Source of the DNA: Clostridia bacterium
GTDB taxonomy: Bacteria > Bacillota > Clostridia > Christensenellales > UBA1242
NCBI GenBank assembly: GCA_045655005.1
Contig: JAZOOJ010000001.1
Location: forward strand, 81,288 to 105,287
DNA: 24,000 nt
Reading direction: 5' to 3'
The translations under genes were made by a program, and so were the position numbers. Positions 16,627 through 23,025 of the stretch are shown in pieces (the first letter of the stretch is position 1; every line of letters starts with the position of its first letter). The notes below the pieces were generated by a model. The model saw only the letters and a list, made by a program, of their open reading frames with translations. It was not told the origin of the DNA and did no database searches.

Positions 16627-16753
16627 AAACACCCCGCTCCGCCAGTTGTTTTTTAATCAACCTTTGTTTTAAAAAATATTGAATAACACCAAGTGCTATA
16701 TTTTCCAAAAGGCAACCAATAAAGGCACCAATTATAATTAAAATTAGATTCAT
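16598..16753 (-). CDS. Small single-TM protein (51 aa), not in the supplied ORF track
   Basis: MNLILIIIGAFIGCLLENIALGVIQYFLKQRLIKKQLAERGVYGRKQTKNN. Its ATG overlaps the upstream stop (TAATG) and its 3' end overlaps the pIII-like start. Confidence 0.5.
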   Translation of the reverse strand: MNLILIIIGAFIGCLLENIALGVIQYFLKQRLIKKQLAERGVYGRKQTKNN

Positions 16754-17133
16754 TATTTAGACACCATCCTTTTTAAGATTTCTATTTCGTTATCGATTAT
16801 ATCAAAACATTTATCTCTATCAAACGCACCACCAACAATATCATCTGAAATATTATATACTATTGGATATTCTTTGCTTTGTATTAAAAACAACTCTTTC
16901 AATTTCTTTAACAGTACTACTGCGAACAAGATTTTGTCTTTGTTTCTATAAATTTGTAGGTATTTATTACATTCTGTTAAATCTTTGATTTGTTCATCTT
17001 TCTCTGCAAGTTTTACTTCTAAGTCGGCAAATTCTTTTCCTAAGCACTCTACAAAATGAATTGTAACCGAAACACCTTGATTATCAACTACTTCATAATT
17101 ACCATTTTTAAGATTTTCTATTGCTTTATTCAT
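16753..17133 (-). CDS. Phage hypothetical protein (126 aa), coiled-coil-like
   Basis: ATG 10 nt after GGGAG, tightly packed in the operon. No family recognised. Confidence 0.65.
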   Translation of the reverse strand: MNKAIENLKNGNYEVVDNQGVSVTIHFVECLGKEFADLEVKLAEKDEQIKDLTECNKYLQIYRNKDKILFAVVLLKKLKELFLIQSKEYPIVYNISDDIVGGAFDRDKCFDIIDNEIEILKRMVSK

Positions 17134-17135
17134 TT

Positions 17136-17462
17136 TTACTCATCTCCCTGCATCTTCTTTAAACAGTTATCACAAACGACTTTACGTTTGTATTCATAAA
17201 ACCAATCCGTCCAACAACAGAAACCACATAACTCACATTTACATTGACCGTTTCCAGACAACTTAGTAGGTCGATAATCAGTTAACTCAGCCTCTAAATC
17301 TTTAATTTTTTTTATGTGTTTTTGATGCCACATCTTATACCAATCTAAAGCATCTAATAAATCATCAACTGCAGATTGATCAAAGATGTAAGATTTATCA
17401 AAATCAGTAGCACCTATAGGAATACATTCATTTTGAACATAATCATCATAATTACGTTTCAT
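17136..17462 (-). CDS. Phage hypothetical protein with a Cys cluster (zinc-ribbon-like), about 108 aa
   Basis: CKCELCGFCC...CDNC. I prefer the ATG at 17462, which has the same GGGAGATGAGTAAAA-ATG junction as the next gene, over the track's 17471. Confidence 0.6.
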   Translation of the reverse strand: MKRNYDDYVQNECIPIGATDFDKSYIFDQSAVDDLLDALDWYKMWHQKHIKKIKDLEAELTDYRPTKLSGNGQCKCELCGFCCWTDWFYEYKRKVVCDNCLKKMQGDE

Positions 17463-17463
17463 T

Positions 17464-17817
17464 TTACTCATCTCCCTGTGTGAATTTATTCATCCATTTT
17501 TTTGCAAGTTTTGGTATAAAAAGAAGAAAATCTACAAAAATATGGGCTATAAATACATTAATGTAATAAGTGAAAAATACTAGCAAATCTGTATTTTTAA
17601 ATAATGGCAAAATACCATCAACACCGAATATCTGACTTAAACTTGTATACGCAATAGAATTCTCAGCAATATTAAGTCCAATAGAGTCAAAAATTGTACC
17701 AAATTCAAAAGCAGTACCACCTTTAAATAAAAGTATCAAAAAGGCAAATATAGGTATAAAATACACTATATTCCAAAATATGGTCTCAGCCATATGATTA
17801 ATCGTTCTTTTTCTCAT
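17464..17817 (-). CDS. Phage integral membrane protein (117 aa)
   Basis: SD GGGGTGGTG, three hydrophobic helices. Its start overlaps the end of the ATPase gene by 20 nt. Confidence 0.65.
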   Translation of the reverse strand: MRKRTINHMAETIFWNIVYFIPIFAFLILLFKGGTAFEFGTIFDSIGLNIAENSIAYTSLSQIFGVDGILPLFKNTDLLVFFTYYINVFIAHIFVDFLLFIPKLAKKWMNKFTQGDE

Positions 17818-18622
17818 CTACACCACCCCGCAACCTAGATTTTCTAAAACTGACTATGTTATTTGCTTTCAAAGTTTTAGCAGTAATAACATTCTTTTCT
17901 TCTTCAAGTCCGTCAGTCAAACTTGAATAACAGTAACAATCAAAATACTTCCAAGTCTTTTTTGGTATAATTACTCGTCTTAACTTTTGCTCCACATCCT
18001 CATCTTGAACGTTTATGGTCGACTTATCGTCTGAATATCTACATTCTTGAACATGAGCCAAAAGGAAAAATGGAATCCATTTTGTCAAATGATGTACATA
18101 AATATACTCTGACAAGCAACGCTTAATTGAATAATGAGTATCTGAAATACATTGAGTATCATATATAATTACACCACCCTTAGTTGAATGACCTATCAAT
18201 TTATTAAATAGTAACAATTGCTCGTTTAACTCCATATCTTTAATCAATTGACTATCAGCAACCAAAGACGCTTCACAAATATAAATTACCGAACCATAAA
18301 CAAAACGTGTTTTTCGTGTCAATAAATCCGTAGTTATTGGTACATAAGGAACCGATAACGGAATATTCGAGTATAACAAAGGCAATTCAAGTAAAGGTTT
18401 TTTAAACAACTTGCGGAAAAAGTTATTAATCTTAACACGCCTTGTACGTCTTTTAAACTCAGACATAGCAATCGCAACACTCAATGTAGATTTACCGCAT
18501 TTCACACCACCGCTAACGAGAGCCATAGCTCCAATTTTTGGAACTTTAAATTTTGATTGTATTTTTTTGATAATAAATAGCACAACGGCTATTATAATTA
18601 AAATTAAAATTGAATTATCCAT
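17798..18622 (-). CDS. Zot/pI-like P-loop morphogenesis ATPase with an N-terminal TM helix
   Basis: N-terminal TM (aa 5-18), Walker A GGVKCGKST (aa 38-46), Walker-B-like VIYICEAS, and GHSTKGGVIIYDTQ, which resembles the Zot-family RH.G.D.i.iTQ segment. Confidence 0.55.
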   Translation of the reverse strand: MDNSILILIIIAVVLFIIKKIQSKFKVPKIGAMALVSGGVKCGKSTLSVAIAMSEFKRRTRRVKINNFFRKLFKKPLLELPLLYSNIPLSVPYVPITTDLLTRKTRFVYGSVIYICEASLVADSQLIKDMELNEQLLLFNKLIGHSTKGGVIIYDTQCISDTHYSIKRCLSEYIYVHHLTKWIPFFLLAHVQECRYSDDKSTINVQDEDVEQKLRRVIIPKKTWKYFDCYCYSSLTDGLEEEKNVITAKTLKANNIVSFRKSRLRGGVDEKKND

Positions 18623-18629
18623 TAATTTT

Positions 18630-18664
18630 AAAGAATAAAAGGCTAGATTTTTATGTCTAGCCTT
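18630..18664 (-). terminator. Rho-independent terminator immediately after the coat-like gene
   Basis: Perfect 9-bp stem AAGGCTAGA/TCTAGCCTT (18639-18664), followed on the minus strand by TTATTCTTT. Confidence 0.8.
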
Positions 18665-18676
18665 ATAAACTTGATA

Positions 18677-18928
18677 CTATCTATTTCTTGCACCAAGACT
18701 TGTGAAGAAATTAAGTACCCAGCGACATAGGCCCAAACCTAACGAAATCGCTGCAAAAGCAATTATGCAAGTACCTAGAACAGATAGTCCGGCAGTGCCA
18801 CCCTCAGCAGTTGTGAAGAAGATGCTTTGAGCCAAGGTTGAAAGCCCTTCACCAACACCAGTAGCAATTCCAGAAATACCAGAAACTAAGATTTCAATAA
18901 TTGCAGTAACTAACGCAGTACCAGTCAT
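18677..18928 (-). CDS. Small hydrophobic protein (83 aa); major coat protein candidate
   Basis: Strongest SD in the element (GGAGGTG). Hydrophobic N-terminal segment, central TTAEGGTAG, a TM helix, then a basic C-terminus (RWVLNFFTSLGARNR). A terminator follows. Confidence 0.5.
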   Translation of the reverse strand: MTGTALVTAIIEILVSGISGIATGVGEGLSTLAQSIFFTTAEGGTAGLSVLGTCIIAFAAISLGLGLCRWVLNFFTSLGARNR

Positions 18929-18990
18929 TCTTTTACACCTCCATAAATTATTTTTTTATATAAGAGGTGCGAAACTGATTTATCTTCCTA

Positions 18991-19021
18991 GTGTGAGTAG
19001 GTCAATAGACCAGTCTCACAC
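18991..19021. other. Imperfect hairpin in the gap upstream of the coat-like gene
   Basis: GTGTGAG-ta-GGTC-aata-GACC-agt-CTCACAC. Confidence 0.5.
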
Positions 19022-19043
19022 ACTTTTATAACCACACTAAAAA

Positions 19044-19181
19044 TTAATCAGATTTACTATCAGAATTTTCTGTATTTTCTTTTAATTGTTTACGTTTTCT
19101 AACATCTTTAACTATTCCAAAAATCTGATAACCGACAAAAGCAAGTAAACCAACAACTAATAAGACACTAATTATTTTCAT
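19044..19181 (-). CDS. Small single-TM protein (45 aa), not in the supplied ORF track; minor coat (pVII/pIX-like) candidate
   Basis: MKIISVLLVVGLLAFVGYQIFGIVKDVRKRKQLKENTENSDSKSD. SD GAGAGGTG. Its start lies inside the end of the preceding small ORF. Confidence 0.55.
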   Translation of the reverse strand: MKIISVLLVVGLLAFVGYQIFGIVKDVRKRKQLKENTENSDSKSD

Positions 19182-19335
19182 CTTGTACACCTCTCTTAGA
19201 TTTTAATGAAGCATATTGAACTCTTAAATCATTGTATTTTTTTTCTACTTGATCAAGTTTCTTTTCGCTTTGTCCTAATAAAACAAGAGTAGAAATATAA
19301 CCGACTAAAACAATTAAATCAAATATAATAGTCAT
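19168..19335 (-). CDS. Small single-TM protein (55 aa), not in the supplied ORF track; minor coat candidate
   Basis: MTIIFDLIVLVGYISTLVLLGQSEKKLDQVEKKYNDLRVQYASLKSKRGVQDENN. GGGGG SD. The ATG lies 2 nt after the upstream stop (TAGTAATG). Confidence 0.5.
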   Translation of the reverse strand: MTIIFDLIVLVGYISTLVLLGQSEKKLDQVEKKYNDLRVQYASLKSKRGVQDENN

Positions 19336-19337
19336 TA

Positions 19338-19538
19338 CTATTTACCCCCATTAAGTTTTTTAAATTCAATCAAACCGGCATCGGCAAGAGTTTTAATTGT
19401 ACCTTTGTCAGCCTTAAAAACAGGTTTTAATTGAATCGTTTGAGAACCGATTCTCCACATCGGTGCGATATACTTAACTTTTTCGTTTGTTTCCTTGATA
19501 ACGCACTCTTTTTCTTCCAGATAAATTTTGTTTTCCAT
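19338..19538 (-). CDS. Small soluble protein (66 aa); gene V-position ssDNA-binding protein candidate
   Basis: SD GAAGGAG. The assignment rests on size and position (after the replication module, before the coat genes), not on a recognised motif. Confidence 0.35.
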   Translation of the reverse strand: MENKIYLEEKECVIKETNEKVKYIAPMWRIGSQTIQLKPVFKADKGTIKTLADAGLIEFKKLNGGK

Positions 19539-19582
19539 AAAAATACTCCTTCGGTCATATAGACCATTTTTAAAATTTTGTT

Positions 19583-19630
19583 GTTGGCATACAGTGGGAA
19601 GAACAAATTAAAAACTGACCATATGCCAAC
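19583..19630. other. Long imperfect hairpin in an intergenic gap
   Basis: GTTGGCATA-CAGT ... ACTG-acc-a-TATGCCAAC (9 + 4 bp). A smaller hairpin GGTC-ATATA-GACC lies at 19553-19565. Confidence 0.5.
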
Positions 19631-19668
19631 GATTTATAATATCTACCCCACCTCACAGGTAGTTATTA

Positions 19669-20127
19669 TCACCTGTAACGACTTGAAAATCGACTTTGAT
19701 AATACAAGTCTTTGTGAAATTGAGCCTGCAACTCTTTAAAATTTAAATCAGAATTACTTGATTTACGAATTTTAATTTTCCCAAAATATTCAGAAAAACC
19801 CAACAAATTCCAAGTGAAACGATTTAAGTTAAATTCAATACCAAGTTTTTTATAAACATCTAGCATTTCAATGCATCTAGTTAAATCTTCAACATAATGC
19901 ATAACTTCAACGGCTTTCTTAAAAGACTTAAATTCAGTCTTATAATCTGAAACACTTGAAACTTGATAACAATTTTCAGAAGTTCGTTTTATAATGAAGA
20001 AAATTGAACAAAGCTTTGACGTTAAAGCGTAATCAGTATGAGAAATTATTTTTATCTTAAAATTCTCACGAATATAACGATTATTCAAAAACTCTTCATT
20101 TAAAAAATAATAATGATTTTTAGACAT
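19669..20127 (-). CDS. Phage hypothetical protein (152 aa), first gene of the minus-strand operon
   Basis: SD GGGGGA 7 nt upstream of the ATG. No family recognised. Confidence 0.65.
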   Translation of the reverse strand: MSKNHYYFLNEEFLNNRYIRENFKIKIISHTDYALTSKLCSIFFIIKRTSENCYQVSSVSDYKTEFKSFKKAVEVMHYVEDLTRCIEMLDVYKKLGIEFNLNRFTWNLLGFSEYFGKIKIRKSSNSDLNFKELQAQFHKDLYYQSRFSSRYR

Positions 20128-20139
20128 CTTCTTTCCCCC

Positions 20140-20182
20140 AAAAATAAAAAAGTCCTAAAAGATAAAATTAATCTTTTAAGAC
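20140..20182 (-). terminator. Terminator-like or operator hairpin built from the att 12-mer
   Basis: Minus strand: GTCTTAAAAGAT-TAATTTT-ATCTTTTAGGAC (12-bp stem with one G-U pair), followed by TTTTTTATTTTT. It lies between a TATAAT (20184-20189) and the SD of the 152-aa gene. Confidence 0.6.
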
Positions 20183-20216
20183 CATTATACTCCACTCGTT
20201 TTGTGGCTCACTTAAC

Positions 20217-20250
20217 AAAATCTGCATTTTGCGAAGTCTTTAAAGATGTC
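20217..20250 (+). repeat. Right 34-bp direct repeat (candidate attR)
   Basis: AAAATCTGCATTTTGCGAAGTCTTTAAAGATGTC. The single difference from the left copy is at 20241 (T, versus A at 13216). Confidence 0.85.
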
Positions 20251-20466
20251 CAATTTGTTTTATTTTTGAAATTTTTGTTATTCTCTATTCTTACTATATT
20301 TGGGTTGGTTGATTTTTTCTTGCTTACATTGTTTCACTTCTTCCCTGCCCTGTTATGACAGACTAAATTATTAATGATAAATTTATTAAGTATGGCAAAT
20401 TTGTTTGATTATTTGAAAGTTATTTGGTAAACTAAGTTTATTGATATATTTGAGGTGTAAATTGTA

Positions 20467-20865
20467 ATGAATTATAAAGATAGATTAAAAGCACATCTTA
20501 GAATTAAAAACACAGTAATATATTTATGTGGTGCAGCAGTTATTGCCTGTGTAATATTGCTGTTGGTGTTTCTAAAACAAGAAAAGACCGGGAATCTTAT
20601 TTATTTGGTTGTGGTTGCGGGAGCTTCACTAGTTATTATCAAGCCTTTGTCAAAGGCTGCAAAGAAAGATCGTGAACAATTGAAATGCTATGAAGATAAA
20701 GAAAAGGCCGAGCGTAAAGCACGTGCCCGTGGTCAAAATCCAACTAATAAATTTGGAGCAATAGGAACAAATCGTACAAATGCACTTCTTGGCATAACAA
20801 CCACAAATGAACAAGAAGAAAAGAAAAACGAAGACCCTATCGGTAGATTCAAATATAAAAAATAG
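20467..20865 (+). CDS. Small membrane protein (132 aa), two TM helices and a basic tail
   Basis: SD GAGGTG, two hydrophobic helices, K/R/E-rich C-terminal half. Confidence 0.65.
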   Translation: MNYKDRLKAHLRIKNTVIYLCGAAVIACVILLLVFLKQEKTGNLIYLVVVAGASLVIIKPLSKAAKKDREQLKCYEDKEKAERKARARGQNPTNKFGAIGTNRTNALLGITTTNEQEEKKNEDPIGRFKYKK

Positions 20866-20884
20866 ATGCAAATTAGGTAAAAGA

Positions 20885-20920
20885 AAAAGACAATACATTG
20901 AATTAATGTGTTGTCTTTTT
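20885..20920. terminator. Bidirectional terminator
   Basis: Stem GACAATACA/TGTGTTGTC (one G-U pair), flanked by an A-run and a T-run. Confidence 0.75.
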
Positions 20921-20947
20921 GATTTGATATATTTGTAATATTAAATC

Positions 20948-21823
20948 TTAAATTAAAAGTCTTATTGCTTTTTCATAAAGATGTTTTACTGCATAATAGT
21001 TATTTTTGTCAGACAAAAGAGCGTCTGCGTTAAGTGATGTGTCTATACTTTGTATATAGAATTGCCCATTTTTTGTATAAATATCAACTGTTCCTGTCAT
21101 AACGCCAAGAGTTCTAGAAGAATTAATTGCAATACTGGATAAAACTTTGGCTATTTCATTGTCTGTAACGATTTTAACTTTTGAGTCGGGGGCTTTAATT
21201 TGCCAGTTTGTATTAAGAACGGCCCCTTTTGGTAAAACCTTGTTTACGTCAATAGCACTATCAAATGCTTGGATATTTGCTATGCTAAGCAATTCCCAAA
21301 TCGCACTTACTCCATCGCCGACAATTTGTGGTTTTATATATTCTGCAATCAATTCTACTGCACCGTTAACTAAAAAAACACTGTAAAAGTTCTGATATTT
21401 TTCGTACTTGTTAACAAGGATTTTATCATAAGGAATTATACTGTTCGCAAATTTGATTAGTTCGGTTGAATTTGAAATTTTACGAACAAATTTATCACGC
21501 CTAAAATTACTTTTTATGACAATCTCTCCACAACTATTGAGCATAGGATTTAAATCATCTAAAATTCTATTTGGACTTGAACAAAACACCTCATAGTTTT
21601 CATCACACAAAAAATTTGCCTGTTTTAAAAGTTTACATTTAAGGCTTCTATCATCGCAAATTCTTGCAGATGTATCACTGTTTAATGGAAAAAAATGGTC
21701 GTATATAGCAACACTTTGTCCCACTTTATTTATAAGTTGTATTAGTTTGCCATTGTCATAGGTCAAATATTTCCAGCCGTAATCTGTGGCAATTGATTTA
21801 AGACAATCATTTATGTTTTTCAT
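20948..21823 (-). CDS. ATP-grasp-fold-like protein (cyanophycin-synthetase/RimK-like layout) with degenerate nucleotide-binding motifs
   Basis: The layout FPLNS....ICDDRSLKCKLLKQANF ... IVIKSNF ... ILVNKYEKYQNFYSVFLVNG ... PQIVGDGVSAIWELL ... VDIY parallels ATP-grasp ligases. The Gly-rich loop and the terminal E-x-N are not conserved. SD AAGGTG. Confidence 0.4.
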   Translation of the reverse strand: MKNINDCLKSIATDYGWKYLTYDNGKLIQLINKVGQSVAIYDHFFPLNSDTSARICDDRSLKCKLLKQANFLCDENYEVFCSSPNRILDDLNPMLNSCGEIVIKSNFRRDKFVRKISNSTELIKFANSIIPYDKILVNKYEKYQNFYSVFLVNGAVELIAEYIKPQIVGDGVSAIWELLSIANIQAFDSAIDVNKVLPKGAVLNTNWQIKAPDSKVKIVTDNEIAKVLSSIAINSSRTLGVMTGTVDIYTKNGQFYIQSIDTSLNADALLSDKNNYYAVKHLYEKAIRLLI

Positions 21824-21919
21824 TATTCACCTTCTTGATATAATATTTTATCATTAATTAGCAAATAAAAGCAACTAGATTGGTTATAGTTGTCTTTTTT
21901 TATTAGTATAAAAATAAAA

Positions 21920-21957
21920 CCACCAAGGGAAAATCAATTTCCTTTTGGTGGTTTTTT
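21920..21957. terminator. Bidirectional terminator
   Basis: CCACCAAGGGAAA-atcaa-TTTCCTTTTGGTGG, followed by T6 and preceded by an A-rich tract. Confidence 0.8.
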
Positions 21958-21982
21958 ATACACTTAAAATTTGTACAACAAA

Positions 21983-22840
21983 CTACATATGGCCGTGTAT
22001 TCTTATTAAGGTTGTGTTCTCAACTCCCGGTGCAATTGCAGGTACAAGAATTGCTCTACCCGTTGCGTTTGGAAGTGTTAAGAAATTAGCATTATCAATT
22101 GTATATTCACTAGCATTAAATTGATAATGTTCTCCATTGCTGTCCATATGAATTTCGGTTGCTGTAAATGAAGTTGGTAACGAATCTGTTACAATAACTT
22201 CTGTTGCATCGATTGTTCCTGTGTTCGTAAGTGTAATGAAATAATCAAGTTCTTCGCCACAACAAACATTATCATTGCTTGCATATTTAGAAATTAATAC
22301 CTCAGCAAATTCGCTTCTTGGTATAGTTAAGTCATCACTTCCTGTAATGCAATTGCTGTTTCTTGAACAATCACAACCGCAAGGATAAGCTCTCACTGTA
22401 ACTTCATTTGTAAGCTCGGCAACATCTTCGCCGATATCTTCATTTACAACAACGTTATACAAAACATAAAGATTTTCATCTTGTTCAAGTCTGTCTGTTA
22501 TTCTAAATTGAAGTGGTGATGTTTCGGTTGGAGTAATCTCAGTTAATACTCCATTCATAAATAGTCTTGCACTTCCCTCAATATAAGTAGTATAACCTTC
22601 ATTTCCAAGGTTGTCGCTTATTTCGAAGGTCCCAAGACAGCCACAACCATTATTTGTTACTTGAACGAAATAAGTAATTGTCTGCCCCGCTCTAAAACTA
22701 TCACTTGAAGATGTTTTATCAACTAGAATACTGTACTCATCTCTAATTGAATGAGTTACAACATTAGAGTTGTTGGTTCTAGTTAATGGTGAACCCTCAT
22801 ACGAAAATGAAACCGATGCTTGATTGGTTATAGTTTTCAA
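21983..22840 (-). CDS. DUF11 (conserved repeat domain) protein with Cys clusters, two repeats
   Basis: Two copies of the pattern K......G..(I/L).Y.(V/I).(V/L)TN.G......(I/V).D.L. Cys clusters GCGC, CGCDC and CC. No obvious signal peptide. TTG start 9 nt after AGGAGG. Confidence 0.65.
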   Translation of the reverse strand: MKTITNQASVSFSYEGSPLTRTNNSNVVTHSIRDEYSILVDKTSSSDSFRAGQTITYFVQVTNNGCGCLGTFEISDNLGNEGYTTYIEGSARLFMNGVLTEITPTETSPLQFRITDRLEQDENLYVLYNVVVNEDIGEDVAELTNEVTVRAYPCGCDCSRNSNCITGSDDLTIPRSEFAEVLISKYASNDNVCCGEELDYFITLTNTGTIDATEVIVTDSLPTSFTATEIHMDSNGEHYQFNASEYTIDNANFLTLPNATGRAILVPAIAPGVENTTLIRIHGHM

Positions 22841-23025
22841 AAAAATTTACCTCCTCTGTAAATTATATAGATGGCTTCATATCCATCACTACATTATATG
22901 AAACTACAAATATGGTGGTGAAACATAAGAACTATTTAGTAAAAATTTAAATTATAAAATCATTTTATGTTTTCTTTAAATGCTATCAATCATTATACTA
23001 TTGATGAAAATATTCTTTTAAATTT

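Larger units (their letters stand above)
13192..20250 (-). mobile_element. Integrated filamentous-phage-like (inovirus-like) element, about 7.0 kb, bounded by 34-bp direct repeats
   Basis: Direct repeats sit tight against the terminal genes. Contents: Rep_trans-like RCR initiator, structured intergenic region, small ssDNA-binding-size protein, several tiny TM proteins, coat-like gene plus terminator, Zot/pI-like ATPase, pIII-like and pVI-like membrane proteins. No capsid, terminase or tail genes and no integrase. Confidence 0.7.

Noticed and set aside
13192-20250. Looked for LexA (GAAC-N4-GTTC) boxes inside the prophage, since CTXphi-type phages are SOS-controlled and lexA is only 2 kb away
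   Set aside because: Scanning GAAC occurrences by eye, I found no site with a matching GTTC half 4 nt away. The nearest, GAGAACCGATTCTC at about 19438, is a different palindrome inside a coding region. An SOS link is not supported by the sequence.
20113-20358. 81-aa plus-strand ORF spanning the right att repeat
   Set aside because: It starts antisense inside the 152-aa gene start and crosses the terminator hairpin and the att repeat. It has no SD, and its translation reflects a T-rich non-coding flank.
15330-21386. Other antisense track ORFs inside and just right of the prophage (14939-15163, 15330-15596, 18411-18638, 20650-20898, 21147-21386) and 23346-23606 in asnS
   Set aside because: Each is embedded antisense in a longer gene that has motif support.
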